Assembly (NCBI GenBank): GCA_000708835.1
Contig: DF237325.1
Location: 1-64,000, forward strand
Length of the DNA stretch: 64,000 nucleotides
Source: Klebsormidium nitens
Taxonomy: Eukaryota > Plantae > Klebsormidiophyceae
Reading direction: 5' to 3'
Numbering within the stretch: position 1 is the first letter of the stretch; every line of letters begins with the position of its first letter. Under the pieces are notes generated by a model. The model was given only the letters and a program-made list of their open reading frames with translations, was not told the origin of the DNA and searched no databases. This document shows positions 1 to 13,862 of this stretch, in pieces. Made by a program: the position numbers and the translations under genes.

Positions 1-330
1 AGTAAGCATCGGGCGGCTCTCCGGAGTCGCACGTGGTTTCCAACGACTCCCGGTGCTAAACCCTGAATACGGAGACTCCGCATTCTGCAAGTCGAACTTG
101 TACCGCGCCGCGGCTTAGCGCGCACACCTGTTTCTGCAGCAGCAAGTGTCTGCATGCCACGTGTCGAAATCTTATACGCGTGCAACCCTGGTGGGATTTC
201 CGCAGAGGGCGGGAGTATTCAGAGAGCACAGTTGACCAGCGCGGCGTGTACGGTATGACGGTGCCGACGCACCGTCGGTGACGTCGTGTTGCATCACCAA
301 GCGATGGTCCCCCACTAGGCATGGATGATG

Positions 331-369
331 GGAGGTCCAAGCAGGAGGTCCAAGCAGGAGGTCCAAGCA
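331..369. repeat. 3 exact tandem copies of the 13-mer GGAGGTCCAAGCA
   Basis: Read directly at 331-343, 344-356 and 357-369, upstream of the predicted U-box gene start. Confidence 0.95.
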
Positions 370-516
370 AGTCAATCGCCCTGAAAAGGGACTCGATCAC
401 GCAAGGCTGGGTGAGGACGGGCCGGCGGTTCTTCATCGCTATACAGGGATTTCAGTCCATGTGTATGGAGTTTGGGAGAGAACCGGCAGGCGCCGACGTT
501 GGATTCCTCTCGCACA

Positions 517-3500
517 ATGGAAAGGTTTCTGTCTACCAAGGCAACTCGGAGCTGGGCCTCCTCTTCGCGCGTGCGACAAACAAATGGCAGGCTAGTCTTT
601 TCTGAGCTTTGCATGACGGGGGCCAGAGCAAGGCGCTGTGACTCGCGAGTCCTTGAGGCTGAGCGCAGCGGCAGCATTCTAGCGGCTGAAGAGTACAGCC
701 CTATCCACTTGAGGAAGACAGAACTTCAGTGGCAGATAGCTGCTGAGGAGACAGCTCTGGCGGTGAGCGGGCCAGACTGATTTCAGGGTGAATAACAGGA
801 AACAGTCGAAGCAGGAAAAAACTTGGACTACTGAGAAGGATACTACAATTGTAAGCATGCACAGGCTGTAGCTAATTGGTGAATTGACTTCGTGTCTCTT
901 TCCTTAACTGAACAGAAGGAAGAGAGTGCTTGACGGAGAGTCCTGCGATGTGACAATTATTGCTTCCAAGACAGACAAGCCATTTTGTCAGGGTTCGCGC
1001 CTAAAGCAGCGGAAAGACGTGTCATCATCGTCACACACAAGGGGTCAAACAAGCGTGAGTACTCTGGCGGCTTTGGTCAACAAGCTTGAATCTATCATGC
1101 TTAGAGCCTTGCTAAGATTTAGATATGGTGCGGCTAAGTGTAAGGGTTACACCATAAAATCGTATCAATACAGACATGCATTAAAGCTCCGTCGTGCTTG
1201 GCAAAGTGCTGCACTTGGAGGCCAACCTTGTTCTAGATGTCAATCCGAGAGCTTGATACCCAAGGTCTGCCAGCAAAGTAAACAGTGAGCTGTTGGTGGG
1301 TTGCTGGTTAATCTTTGCAAAGTGTGGAGAGTGCTCTTTGTTATGCACGTTCAAAGAAGGGCCACCTTGAAGTTTGAAAAATGGTTCTAATGAGTTGAAT
1401 TATGAGCTGTATGGAAACATTGTGATTTTCACACGGTGTTATCCAGAATGCTCGTGAAAGTTTTGGGCTGTTAGCGGGCTCCTGTATGGATTTTGTGTAC
1501 AGCTGACCTTAGTAAGAATGGCATCTGTCTTTGGCACCGGTATCTTCGGTTGTACTGCCCCTCACATACATTGCTCCTCCTTGCTGCAGGTTCCAACAAA
1601 GAAAATGGAGACGTCCCCGTCGGCAATTGCATTTCGGGGCATTCGAAATGTGGATATGATTCCATTTGTAAGGCTCATATTGTCATGCTCTAGAGTCCTT
1701 TTTGCCCTTTAAGTGCTGTGCCCTTCGCAGTGCCTTCCTTGTTACGGTCTTTCGGCACATTGTTTGGCCCCTAGAAAACCAAGTTCCTGGGATCAAAGCG
1801 GGCCGGAGATGCACGCATCATTATGAGCAAGTACCTCACATTGGTTGCTAACATTGCCTAGCATGCATGCTGTGGCAAAATTGACTATCTTGATACTCTT
1901 TGTTCCCATTCTATCACCGCTTATACCTTCTGTTGGTGCGTGCAGATAAGGGACGTGATTGACACGCTGCGCGAATTTGACCTGCGTCGCCTTGGGAGCT
2001 CAAAGGTATACAAGACCAGGATGGAGACTGAGCTGCAGCCACACCTGGTGAGACCACAGATGTCCAACTGCAATACCCGCTTCCTTTGGATGTTTCAGTC
2101 ATCTCTGCAGTGCTCCACTGTGGAATGTTATTTCAACAAAACAAAGCCAGCAAACGTGCCCTCCACTTTTCGTCCCAGCCTTTGTTTCTGGCAAAGCCAA
2201 AATAAGACAATTGCTCTGCAAGTTGTTACTGTGTTACAGAAAGCCAGGGCCCTGTCTCGAAGTACCTCAACCAGCATTAGATACTTTCCTTGTGCCTCAA
2301 ACCATTTTGCCTCGATAAGACAAGAGTCTCTCGGTTCGCTAGAGCTGAGGCTGTGTGGTGCATGCAGGTGCCCCATTGGGTGCAGCCCCTTCAGTTGCCC
2401 CCTCACGCTCCATTCTTCCACACGCGCATCCAGAAGTGGAAGCGACACAACATGATGCGCGTCCTCGAGGCTGCGGCTGACGAGATTGCAGGGGACGACA
2501 TCAAGATCGCTGAGGTCACCGATGCCCTCCTCCGGCGTGTGGAGCCCATGGGGCCCCACCTGCAGGCAGCCGTTGATAGCTTCATCCAACGGCTGAGATT
2601 GAATCGGGCTTCGGCCACTGGACCAAATGGGGCAGTGCTCAGGGCAGAAGTTGTGCAGGCCCCACCTCGCGTGAAGGCGGAGCTCGGAACCCTGGCGACG
2701 AGCATCAGTACAGAGGAAATTCGGATTAGAGGGCAGGGGACTAGGAGTCCCGTGGCAAAGTTTGTGGACGACTGCCTCTCGTCCAACTCAAGCCTGAAGC
2801 GGGCTGCATCCGGGCCTCCCGAGAACGCTCCGCCAAAGCGGCAATGCGTGTGGGATTTGTCAAGCACCAAGAGCGGGACGCTCGCAGCAGTTTGCAACTC
2901 TGCGGAGAGCGTGGGCAAGAAGACGGCCGGCACACACGGGGCTCCAGAGCAGTGCTTCCGCTTTGAGGTGCCTGCGGTGGACACCCAGGCCATCCTGGCT
3001 TTCCTGAAGGCAGGCCAGAATGCAGGCGCAACCCTACCTTTTCCCCCGCTTGCAAACCTAGCAGCAAGCCACCCCCCCAGCAGGCAGTTTGACCTAGAGC
3101 AGCAATATGATTTGCTGAGCTCTCTGGACGACTTCCTGGGGCCCATCCCTGAGGGCGACGTCCCCCCCTGCCACGACGATGACGTCTCAGAGAGCCACTC
3201 TGGCAGCGCCAGCCAGGTCCTGCATGAGTTTGACGTTAGCAACGGCGTCAGCGAGCGGGTGGTACTTTCCTCGGAGGCCGACGAGCCCTATCTGGACGAC
3301 CTCGACTTTGACGAGTACCAGGAGGCGGTCTATGCAGCCGCCAGCTCGCGGGCGGGGGACCGCGAGGGGCGGGAGCTGCTGGAGGACGCGCGCCTGCTGC
3401 TGCAGAGTGCGCTGAAGTTGGGGCAGTGCCCTCATCTTGGGGCCATCAGGGTTGCGCTCGTCGCTGAGAAGCTGTCTCCGGTGGTTGAGCAGATGCGGGA

Positions 3501-5263
3501 GCGCAGCGAGGCGATGGAAGCAGAGGAGCTGCATGCGCTGGAGTGCCTGAGTGGGCTGCTCATGGGGGCCAGGGAGCGGGTGCAGAGTGCCATCGAAGAG
3601 GATGCGGAAGACGTGAGTCTACAAATAGGCTACCGGTGCTTGATTCATCTGAGCCTATTCAGCCGATGTGTCCTTCTTTTTCTTTGGATGCTTCCCGAAC
3701 TCGTCAGTCTGACATCAAGCAGCGCTAGTCTTACCAAAATTGTTGACGCAGAAGGAGCAGACCTCCGCTTTCAATCAACGTGCTCCTCGTTGTGCATGCA
3801 TCGTCGTCTTCACCATGTGCTCCTTCTTTTGCAGACTTTCCGACTGCCCCCTTTCAGCCTTTTTAATTGCAAGTCTTCCCTTCTGCAGATCCTGACTGAG
3901 ATCGATTCCGACACCGCCATCCGGCAGGAGGTTTCCAAGCTGGAGAAACTGGTCGACGACCTTGTGGCGCTTTCGGGCACTACTGTTTTGGAGGTCAGTC
4001 TTGAGCATGCTCATACTCCTTAAGATTGCCAAGGTCTTCATTGACAATCGTTCAGCGAGTCAGAAAACCTACAAAAGAAACAAGAATTCGATTGTCTGCT
4101 TTGAATCCAATCGTGTGAGGTGGTTCTGCATAAGGAGGTTGAAGTCTCTCGTACGCTCAACCCAGATGTAACGGCGAATGTTCAAGATAATTTTTGTTGC
4201 TCATTGCTCCGCTCCTTGAATCTCTTCGGCTGCCAGCCCTGAGATACGATTCGTCTGAGCGCATCCCTTTTTGTATATGCCCAAACAGATTGCTGACTCT
4301 GTTTTCCTCGTCCTGCAGGAGCCTCGCGTGCAGCTGCGCTTGGCGTCTGCCCACAACCGGCTGGCCTCCTCGCTATCCCAGCATGGATGGGTGGAGGAAG
4401 CCCAGGCCGAGATGGACTGTGCGAACTCCATCTTGAGCGCGCTACGCGCCGTGTCCGCTGGCCCCAAGCAGCGGGCCCTCTCGCCCCCGCCCGAGTGCCC
4501 CATCAGCATGGAGAAGATGCAAGACCCCGTGGTGCTCACCACTGGGCACACGTTCGAGCGCTCCGCCATTGAGCGCTGGTGAGCGCCCGAGTTTTGCATC
4601 TATACGCTTGTAATACAGCTGAGCGACCGACTCACTTGGGATATAGCAACCATCTGTCGATTGCGATTGAGCACAGCGAAGGTGATGTCTGCGCTTGTGT
4701 TTCAAGTAATGCAGATCTATCACCCCTGTTCTAATCCTGTCCACTGGGTGTACCAATCTGCTTTGTGTGAGTCTTTGTCCCAAGTTTCTCTGCATGATTT
4801 GAGGCCCCATCCGTGGACAAATTTTCTGACCGCGACCCCTTTTTCTCAATGCAGGCTCAACGCTGGCAACACCACGTGTCCCATCACCCGGCAGCCGCTC
4901 ACCGACCTCGAGCTCGTCCCCAACGAGGCGCTGCGTGGTTACAGTGCCAGGTGGCACGCCGAGAACGGGCTTGCACAGCCTCAGGCGCCGAGCTGGCCGG
5001 AGCTCACGGTCGATACGGCACCAAAGAATTCTGCCCCGTTGGAGAAGGGCAGGGACCTGTTCCAAGTGGACGACTTCTTGGACGACGCTCTGAAGGGTGC
5101 CGGAACCGACAGCTTCGACGTCTTTGGGTTTGGGCAGGGAGTGAGCGGCAAGGCTGGGGAGATGTACGCCTTTGAGGAGGGCCGTCAGTGTGGGGAGCAG
5201 GTCGCGGCAATGGACCTGAGCTCGTGGAATGTGGATATGATGCAGTGGGCAGTCAGCACCTGA
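517..5263 (+). CDS. U-box E3 ubiquitin ligase-like protein, about 800 aa, with a C-terminal U-box and no recognisable ARM repeats
   Basis: Phase-consistent GT-AG exons: 517-762, 1590-1667, 1946-2005, 2368-3612, 3889-3993, 4319-4578, 4855-5263. Exons 6-7 join to give PPECPISMEKMQDPVVLTTGHTFERSAIERWLNAGNTTCPITRQPLTDLELVPNEALR, a canonical U-box. The start codon and first exon are less certain. Confidence 0.85.
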
Positions 5264-6519
5264 GCGGGTGTGATTACAGGGAGCATGGTTTGCCAACACG
5301 TGTTTTGGTGCGAGAGTCGTAGTCGGTTCGGGACTTTGTGGATTCCCCTTGCCAGCGGGGAAGAGAAGAATGAGGAGGAGGATGTAACGGGTAAGACCGT
5401 CGTAGAAGGTACCACCACATCTATTAAGCAAGGTCCGAGTGTGTTGACTAGCTCACGCACCAGCGTTTTGACAGTAATTACTAACTTATTGGTCACACCC
5501 AACCAGATTTTGCGCACCAGCAGTTACTTGGTGACTTTAGTTTTGCTGCCTTTAACCTAAGAACGCTCTATCCGAGGTCAGACTGTACAGTTCTAAGCGA
5601 TCTGCATAGGCCACCCAAACTGTAGGTGATCGATGTGAAGCACGTTGATTCACCATAGCCGCACAGGAGTGACGTTAGTACCTCAATTCAGTAGTGCAAA
5701 GCAATAGAATTGCAGCCCGTACCGCCCGCCACTAGTTTATTTGAGGACTAATCATCTGAAGCAAGAATGCCGCTGAAGAACGAAATGTTTCAATCATGCA
5801 GTCGTAAACTGACTCAATACAACTTTTTGATCTTGAATTACCACATAAGTTGAACATCCGGCATGCACATGTGTGAGGCAGATGTGACTATCTTGTTCCG
5901 TGCATATACTAACGTGGACTATTTACATACGTACCTGGCTGCCGGCATGCGGACACACATGGTACTTGTATGGAATTACAGTGGCGCCGTGTGCATTGAA
6001 CTGTAATCATTGAATCAGATCGCATTTTAAGTGCACGTACCGCGGCCACAGCTGACATCATGACGGTGGCAATTGCTTCTACGCAATTGGCAGGCGCGGC
6101 CCACTGACCTCAGGCCGGCCGGGCGCCTCTTGCCAGCTTGTCGCCTGCATGTACAGCTTCCTGCCCCAAACGTTTCAGTCTAGCTGCATCATGCATGGGA
6201 CCAAGCACTACTGCGCACTGCTGCTAGGGGATACCTGGATCCGTACACTCAATGCAAACTCGAAAGGCTGCATGCCCTCCATATTTCGCAAGGCATCTTC
6301 TAGCTTTCTTCACCTCTTTGGTTTAGTACCATTCCCTAGGGCCTGATCTGCCCATTCAGGAGCTACACGATTGTATGTACAAATGTTCGAGGGTGTTCGC
6401 CAATACGGACATACAGCTAGCTCCTATGTACAAACTGCAAATTTACAACTAGCGATATCTTGAATGTACAAATTGCGAGCTCTTTGAGAAGTGATTATCC
6501 CTTGCGTTCTCATGACTGA

Positions 6520-8579
6520 CTACACGAAAGGGAGGCCACCGAAGCCCCCAGGCTTGCTTGTGTTGAATGGGTCGTAAGGAGTGTGGAAGAGCTGTCCGGG
6601 AGGGCTATAAATGGGTCCCTTCAGCTCGTGGAAAAGCTTGAGGTTGTCGACCAGCTTATGGTACACGTTGCACCCCTTACACTACGCAAGGAAGACAGAA
6701 CGCGTCAGTCATGCCAAGCAGAGCAGCCTGTTGGGACGGAAGGGGAAGCTCAAACCCACTAAGTTTCAATCGAATTGTGTGAGACTCTAGCTTTTCATTG
6801 GTGGGTGGGGAAAACTACGTTTTCTGATCAGCATCATTGAACATAGAGGCTTAAAAGGCCCTAGCTCCCTTTGCAGGACCAACATCAAAACGTGCACAAA
6901 ATTAGTGCCAGCCTCAGGTTCTTAGCACGGCGACTTTGAAGAAGACAAGTGATTAACCAGCTGCAGGGTTTCTCCACTACAAGATAAGGTACGCAACAGC
7001 CCTTGCAGAACGGATAACATTGAGAACGCGATGCTGGAACTTCAATCTGCATACCCTTATTTGCTACATTTTCCAACACTCGCTCAAACTCCTGGCACCA
7101 GACACATCAAGAATCTAATACTGAATGTACAAGCGACAAAGCAAAGGCTGCCGGAAGACCTTACAAAGTACTGGACAAAATAGGCGTCACATCAAGGGCT
7201 CACTGCACTCTACTACCTAAACGGTTGAGGGGCAGAAGCAGAAGGGCAATAGGGCGCCGAAGGTTTACCTGCACGAAGACAGTCCCTGTCTTGTAGGCCT
7301 GAGGGTTGATTGCTCGCGTCGTCCTCTCCCAGCACTTGTTGCACGTGAATTCCACTCGCAAAGTGCGCCGGGGCGAGTTGCTGATTAGAGGGCCTGCTGA
7401 TGAAAAGCCTTTGGCCCCCATTGAAGCGGCAGGGTCTAGGAGCGTCCAGCCAGGGCCGTCAATGGGGCCTGAGCGCTTTCCGGTTGCTGCGCCGAGCGCG
7501 AACTCCATGGCATCGTCCTGAGGGAGGGCACACACACCTTGTGTTAGGAGATACATCGAATGCTCAAGCAACATGGTCAAGGGTACCAGATTTTTTTTTG
7601 GCAATCCAATAGAATTGGCTACGAAGAGACTCAACACCGTCCTTGGCAATGACGCCATGAGACATTGGGAAAGGAAAACTCGCGGTAGGCGCTACAAGTC
7701 ATGAGGACAACTTGCTATGGCCACTCAAAGTTGAAATGCACTGGACTGGACTTGCCTGTGACATTCTTTGTAGACCAAAGGGGTTTCCATCTGAGGCCAC
7801 TTTTTGGCCAAGGGCTGCTGGGACCAGGGCATACACGCCAACCTCCTTGGGGGCGGGCAAGCGCCTCTCAACAGGAATCAAGTCGTCGACCGGCGCCAGC
7901 GACAAGCGGACTGCCAGGAGCACAGGCGACGTAGTGAGCAATGAACGCCACTGTACTAGGAGAAGAGAAAACAATATTATAGTGACATGACAGGAACTCA
8001 GTGCTTCGTAACAGCGTTGACGTTATCCCTGCACGGATAATTGCAGCGCAAACTGAGAAGAGAGCTTATGAACACCCCGTTTTTGAATTCAACCCAGAAC
8101 TCCAGAAGCTCCAAATCCGAAAGCCAATGCAACACAGGAATGATGCAGGCTGACAGGAGAATTGCCTGGTGAAGATGTTGAAGAGACTCACCATTCGAGA
8201 GAGTGAGTGCCCCCTGCTCTTGGTCCCCTGTTTCTTGGCCCCTCGACAAGCTCTGAGCGAAAGCGCTAGCGTTTATGACCATGCCGGTGTGTCTCGTAGC
8301 CACTCCCGCACCAGGCGCTTCGCTGGCGGCCAACTGCCGCAGAAGGGGTTCAATTGGTTGTCTCAAAGAAGAGGGCTGCCAGAAACTAAAAGGAAGTCGC
8401 AACTTTTCACCTGCAGTTCGAGTAGGATGGTGAAAGTTGTAAGCGCCACCGCGCAACACGGGAGCATGGGGCAGTTGCTGACGAATTGTGACGTTTGCAC
8501 AAGTCCGAGGGCCCCATGAGGATGTCTGGGAAAGTAAGCAGCTGCATTGAGAAGTTGAAGCTGTTGAAACAAGCGCCAT
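6520..8579 (-). CDS. DNL/Zim17-type zinc finger protein (Hsp70 escort family), likely plastid-targeted, about 317 aa
   Basis: Exons (minus strand): 8579-8192, 7955-7801, 7517-7269, 6681-6520. The spliced product contains SPRRTLRVEFTCNKCWERTTRAINPQAYKTGTVFVQ|CKGCNVYHKLVDNLKLFHE, the zf-DNL CxxC...CxxC motif. The N-terminus is Ser/Thr/Arg-rich, like a transit peptide. Confidence 0.88.
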
Positions 8580-9037
8580 GATGCTTGAAAGGTGCTGACA
8601 GAGATAGAAGCTGGTAAATTGCAGGATTCCTTCTTCCTTTGTGCTAGGCACGGAATTCGAAAAAACACAATATCCGTCTTGGCAAGCGCAAAATCCTTGA
8701 GTCCGCTTCAAAGCTTTAGTGCCCGCCCGATTTTTTCGCTCAGCCATTTCGCCGGGAACTAACTTTGGTTATTTGCCATCCCCTCGGCGAGGTGCCCGGT
8801 GATCAGGATATTGCCCGCGACAGCGAGATATTGCCCGGCAGAGCGGGCATAACCAAGTCACGTGGCTTTTGAGCCAATGAAGTTCGAGATATTGGCTCCA
8901 CCGATGACCATGTGGTCTGATAGTGCCCGCGATTGAAACCAGTACTTTATTTTCACCGGGTACCCTAGCGTTTTGGTGCTTGAAACGATCGTAGCCGTCC
9001 GATGAACAACTGGGTTCAATCGGACGGGCACTAAGTG

Positions 9038-9134
9038 AGTTAGTACACTCGGGTTCGGGAATACGCAAAATATTGCCCTCGGGCTCCGCCCTCGGGCAAT
9101 ATTTCGCGTATTCCCTCACCCTCGTGCACTAACT
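9038..9134. repeat. Imperfect inverted repeat (hairpin) with arms of about 45 bp
   Basis: Left arm AGTTAGTACACTCGGGTTCGGGAATACGCAAAATATTGCCCTCGGGC; reverse complement of right arm AGTTAGTGCACGAGGGTGAGGGAATACGCGAAATATTGCCCGAGGGC. Confidence 0.9.
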
Positions 9135-9591
9135 GTTACCAAGTGAACTGAACATCTTGGAACAAACTTGCACAAGGTAGTCCGGACTCTAGTCTAGGAT
9201 AGATGTACGTCGAGAAGCCTTCAATATTCAGTTAGAAAAGGTCATATCCAGGCAGTTAAACGTTGCAATAGTCCAGATATCGATCAACATTCTCATCCTG
9301 GGCAAGTACCGTAGCTGCACGGCGGTGCTGCTGTTCTCACTGTTTCAGAGGATTGGACAAGAAAGCTCGGCGGCTGGTCAAGGTCCTATTCTGAGTCTGC
9401 CATTTGTCTTTCAATACCTTCTGGTTGCGATCAGGCCCGCTGTAAGACATCTGCCTGACAAGTGATTTGGTATACTAAAACCAGCGTTTTGCAGGAGGAG
9501 GAGGAGGATCCAATCGACCAGTCTTGATTGCAAGCTGTCGGTGGAGATATCAGAGGGCCTGATCTGAGCAATTGTTGGCAAGTCCTTCAAA

Positions 9592-12140
9592 ATGGAGCGG
9601 CTAAAATTGATGCTGGGATACGATGCGGAACCAGAACCTGATCCTGAAGATGAAGGAATTCTAGCGGAGCTCAATCAGTATTGCACCCTCACTAGAAAAC
9701 AGGTAAGACATTCTGTAGCAGTCCCATTGGCTGAAACCTTCCAGCTCAAAGTGCTTCTTGAGAATGTGGGCTTAGCTTCTCCGGAATGTGGCTCATGAGA
9801 GGTCTGCTGACCATGTTTGGGGTGCTCTTTAAATTTGGGTTCCGTGCTGACCAGTCGTGGTTTGCGAAGTTCAATGACGGGGGCCAGATTGGTCACATAG
9901 AGCTGTGCTCTGCGGGATGTTGGTCGCTTGGGATTGTTGCCTTTGCTGGGCTCATTGTGTAAGCTACCACTTTGTCCAACTGGTGCCCCGCTAATTAACG
10001 CTGTGCTGATTGCTGCCTGGACTCTCCGTGCAGCGCCTCTATGGCTTTGCAGGCTGCATGTCCCTTGGTCTGCTTTGCTCACTACTGGTAAGTCATTGCT
10101 CCTGAGCTGCTCCGCTCATTGCCAAACACTTCGATGAGCTGACTCCTCCCTGAACTTGATGACCAAGACTGGCCTAGGGCGAGTAGTAGTGCATTCAATG
10201 GGTTCATTTAGACGATGTTTCTTTGCCATGTCAACAGTGTTTCCTTACTACTTCAGCCATATTCCAAACGAATCATCACTTACTTGGGAAGGCATTTCAT
10301 TTTTTTGCCTCATCTTAAAGATTCAGGCATCTCCAGCTTCTTCAGGTGCAATCTGAATTGGCAGTAATCCAAGTGTCCTTCTTCGTTTGACACTCACATG
10401 TCTTTTCTGGCCTTACAGTCCAGCCTGGTGTGGCTGAATCCGGTCAAGTTTGCAATTACATACACATTTGGGAACCTCCTTTCGTTAGGCAGGTGAGCGG
10501 AGGCACCCTTGATCAAACACTCTAACACTGACTTATGAAAACGCCCAGTTGTTCATGCGGGTTGAGTAGATCAATGACAGTGAGCTTCGCTTGCTTTTAG
10601 ATCAGCTGATGAACCTTTCTGTACCTTGCCTCTCACAACACCATCCCCTTTGGTTCCGCTCAACACCTTGTCTGTAAAAAGAGGCTTTTTCGGGCGTCCT
10701 CCTTTGCCCACCACATCTGTTCTGCATATCCAACTTACGGCGCCCTCCATGATCGCGGCATATCCAACTTACGGCGCCCTCGAATGATCATGATCAGCAG
10801 GCCCTTCTTCTGACTCTCTCGTGCAGCACCACCTTTTTGGTGGGCCCCATGCGCCAGCTCAAGATGATGTTTGACCCAGTACGTGCGGTCGCCACCATCG
10901 TGTATGTAGTCGCGATCGTCCTCACCCTCTTCTGCGCCCTCTATGTGAGCCATCTTCGACTGTCTAGACGCCCGATTGAACCTGAGAATGTGCACAGAAT
11001 GAGATTCTTTATCTTTTTACCTGAGTTGGTGTTTTGCTGATCATCCCCGGCGTCACTTTGATCAGTGCTTCCGATTTGCATCTGGACCTCCCTTGCTCAG
11101 TAGGAATCTTGACTATTGCTCGGGGCTTCGCTGGCACATTATCGAGCACAAACACCATCTCGAGATTTTATTCTCAAGTCCTGGGGCGCAAGTCCTTTAA
11201 GGGCTCGGCTCGTTGTCGAATCTGCTCTTGGGCAGTAGGATTAGAGTGGACGAGGACAAACGAGAAGCGTTTTCGACCAGGCAAGGGCCTTCGTTGGGTG
11301 GGAACTACAGAAGGATCGCAAGGATCCGGTTACAATCTACGACTCGAAAAGGACAGCTTGACGAGAGACGCGTCTCCGTCTATGTCGTTGTTGACGACAG
11401 TACAAGCGGGCTCGTTTGAAGTTCTCGAAAGTAGGAATTGAGATCATGGGAGCCCAGTTTTAGCCAAACCCTTGTGTTTTTGTCCTGAACCACCTTTCAT
11501 CCAACCAAGTTCTTACTTTGGAAAATATCTGGACGAGCTCGCCAGTGAGTGAAACAACTTTTGAATGAGAATGTTGCTTCGTACATCGTTGGAAGGCCTT
11601 CATACGACGGACGGTTTTGACATCAAGGTCTTATGTTCGAAGCCCCTTCAAGCTCTCCAGTCTTTCCTTCGATCTATTGACGACAACACTTTCAGACTCG
11701 AACGGATATGACCTACTATCGTGGCCCTATCTGCAGTTGCACGATATTCTTTTGACCATGATATGCATCGTCGTCGAGTTTTGCGCTGTCATCTGGTAAG
11801 CTCGTCCTCTCTGACCATCAGTTTTCGTATTACAAATTTGTTCACGGTAGAATATGTCGAATCAGCTGGCTCGGCTCGCTTTTCTGCGTTGTGGCGAGTT
11901 CTTGAAGCTGTCAAGGTTGTCTTTGAGCACAGCGTCAGCAGTTCCGTCGGTTGAGTTCCAAGAGTTTGATGTCGATGTCAAGAAAGGTACTGGTCATTGC
12001 AGTGCGCTAGAAAGGACGCCCACAAGACGTTGTATTAAACCAATCATCTGCTCCTCTACAGGTACAGTTTGAGTTACATACCGTTTGCACGACGCATGGT
12101 GGCAAGCTGTTTGACTCGGTGTTTAGAAGTAGAAGTGTAG
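9592..12140 (+). CDS. SFT2: Got1/Sft2-like vesicle transport membrane protein
   Basis: Exons: 9592-9702, 10034-10087, 10419-10492, 10827-10944, 11737-11795, 12062-12140. Family motifs: CTLTRKQRLYGF, NPVKFAITYTFGNLLSLGSTTFLVGPMRQLKMMFDPVRAVAT, WYSLSYIPFARRMV. Confidence 0.92.
10724..10781. repeat. Two exact 24-bp direct repeats in an SFT2 intron
   Basis: GCATATCCAACTTACGGCGCCCTC at 10724-10747 and 10758-10781. Confidence 0.9.
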
Positions 12141-13862
12141 ATGGAGCGAGTCTGTTATGTTAGTACGCTGGCACCCGTTACTTGCAGCCCACACACAGAA
12201 CGTACATCTCAGGTTGCCCATCCAAAGCGTGTGGATGTATGCGCAGGATTCTGCCATGCTGCCTAGGCCTGCAAAAGTGGTGGGGATCGGCAGGACCATG
12301 ACAAATTAGAGCAATGTTTTAGTTAGAACAAGAGAAGGGTGTTCGGTTGCATCGGAAGCGACTTCCTTGATGAATCTGCAATCAAGATTCAAGCTTTTAA
12401 GCGGATCAGAGCTTCTGTCACGACAATCTTGCAATGACTCTAGTACGGAATGAATTGCATGGACTCAACCGGATATACCATACTTTGGATCGAAGGAGTT
12501 AGCTTGAGGAATGCTTTATGCTCTATTATTGCATCGCTGGTATAGCGCGCTATCTATAGCTTATGGCCCTATGAAGTAATCGGAACAGCTGCTGCCAGCA
12601 GCGGCCATGCCAAAGTATAACAATAACAAATAACAATATCAACAAGAAAACAAGAACCATGGTCGTTGAACCATGGTCAAGCAATAACATTAACAATATC
12701 AATATCAACAATGGTCGTTGGCCAAGCCAACTAGCAATGTTGCATGGCACAGCACATGGGCTTCAGAAACCACATTGTCATCATTGACATCATCGGGGCT
12801 TGGAACCCCGGCCGCATTGGTGATGCTGTATAGCCTGGCCGAATCGTCTTTTAAGTGAATAAAATCGATTTAACCATTTCAGATGGAAAAATCATGTCTG
12901 ATCGGGCTGATTCAGCCCCAATTAAAGACATTGCAATTGAACATGTCTAAATCCGCGGTGAACATCTACCGGACGACCTCAGATGAAGATTCCACCGGGA
13001 GGGCTCCAATTGGGTTTCGGCGAGATTCGCTGCCATGGCGCTAGGCGCGCTAGGAGTACCTCTAGGCACCTCTGCCAGTGCAGGCCAGCACAGTTTGACA
13101 GCAAAGACTCACGAGAGAAGAGGTAGACGTTCTCGTGACGCTGCATCGGGGACCTTCTGATCGAGCTGGCCTTACGTACGTAAGCTGCCTCGAGAGGTTG
13201 GGTTGTGGAATTTAGCCAAAGTCCTATGGCAGTGGGGCTTGTCGTAGTACAGACTCTTTGTGGAAGAGGCAGACGCTAAAAGGAGCTTTCGACGAGCAAT
13301 TCCCATGTTCAAGAGCGTAGCGCAGCTCAGGCGCAAGCCGCAAAGTGAGCTTTGCAGCTTGCAATATGCGCTCATTGGTGAGCTCCTCCTTGTCTACAGA
13401 CATCTGTTACATTCTGCTGGCAACCAAGTATTATTGCATCAATGTTCCGTTGGTGATTGCGTCTTTTTGTTATGGGTGACTGGCCTCTCTACTTTGGGGC
13501 TTGCAGAGCTTATACGATGGCCTGATTGGTTGTCAACCACTTCAGCAAGCTGCCTTCAGATTTTTATGAGGGGCCCAGACTGCTCCTGCACGTCTTTCAG
13601 CATTGATCTGTCAACATCATTTCTTTCTTCTGCAGTGACCATCTCCAGTCCCGTTTGTAGGTGGGTGATTGAAACCTTAAATGTTTCATTCATCCATCTT
13701 GTGCGACACTTCCAGAAGGATCTGGTCGATTTGGCAGCTTTCAACCACCATGATCTTGATGAATCTCAGTTCATTGGCCACTGGAAACATTACAAACCGA
13801 AACTCCTGCCCTCATCTGCAGTAAGTCCCTAGTTTGTTGTCGAAGGGGAGCTCGGAGGTGCC

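Noticed and set aside
2403-3242. 279-aa minus-strand ORF (also 4442-5431, 32574-33284, 54044-54751 and 60217-60726)
   Set aside because: These are antisense shadows of GC-rich coding exons with no independent motifs.
13260-13832. 190-aa ORF just upstream of PI4K
   Set aside because: It has no recognisable protein features and contains a donor (TTG|GTGAG near 13377) and a downstream acceptor near 13820, so it is more likely a 5' UTR exon plus intron.
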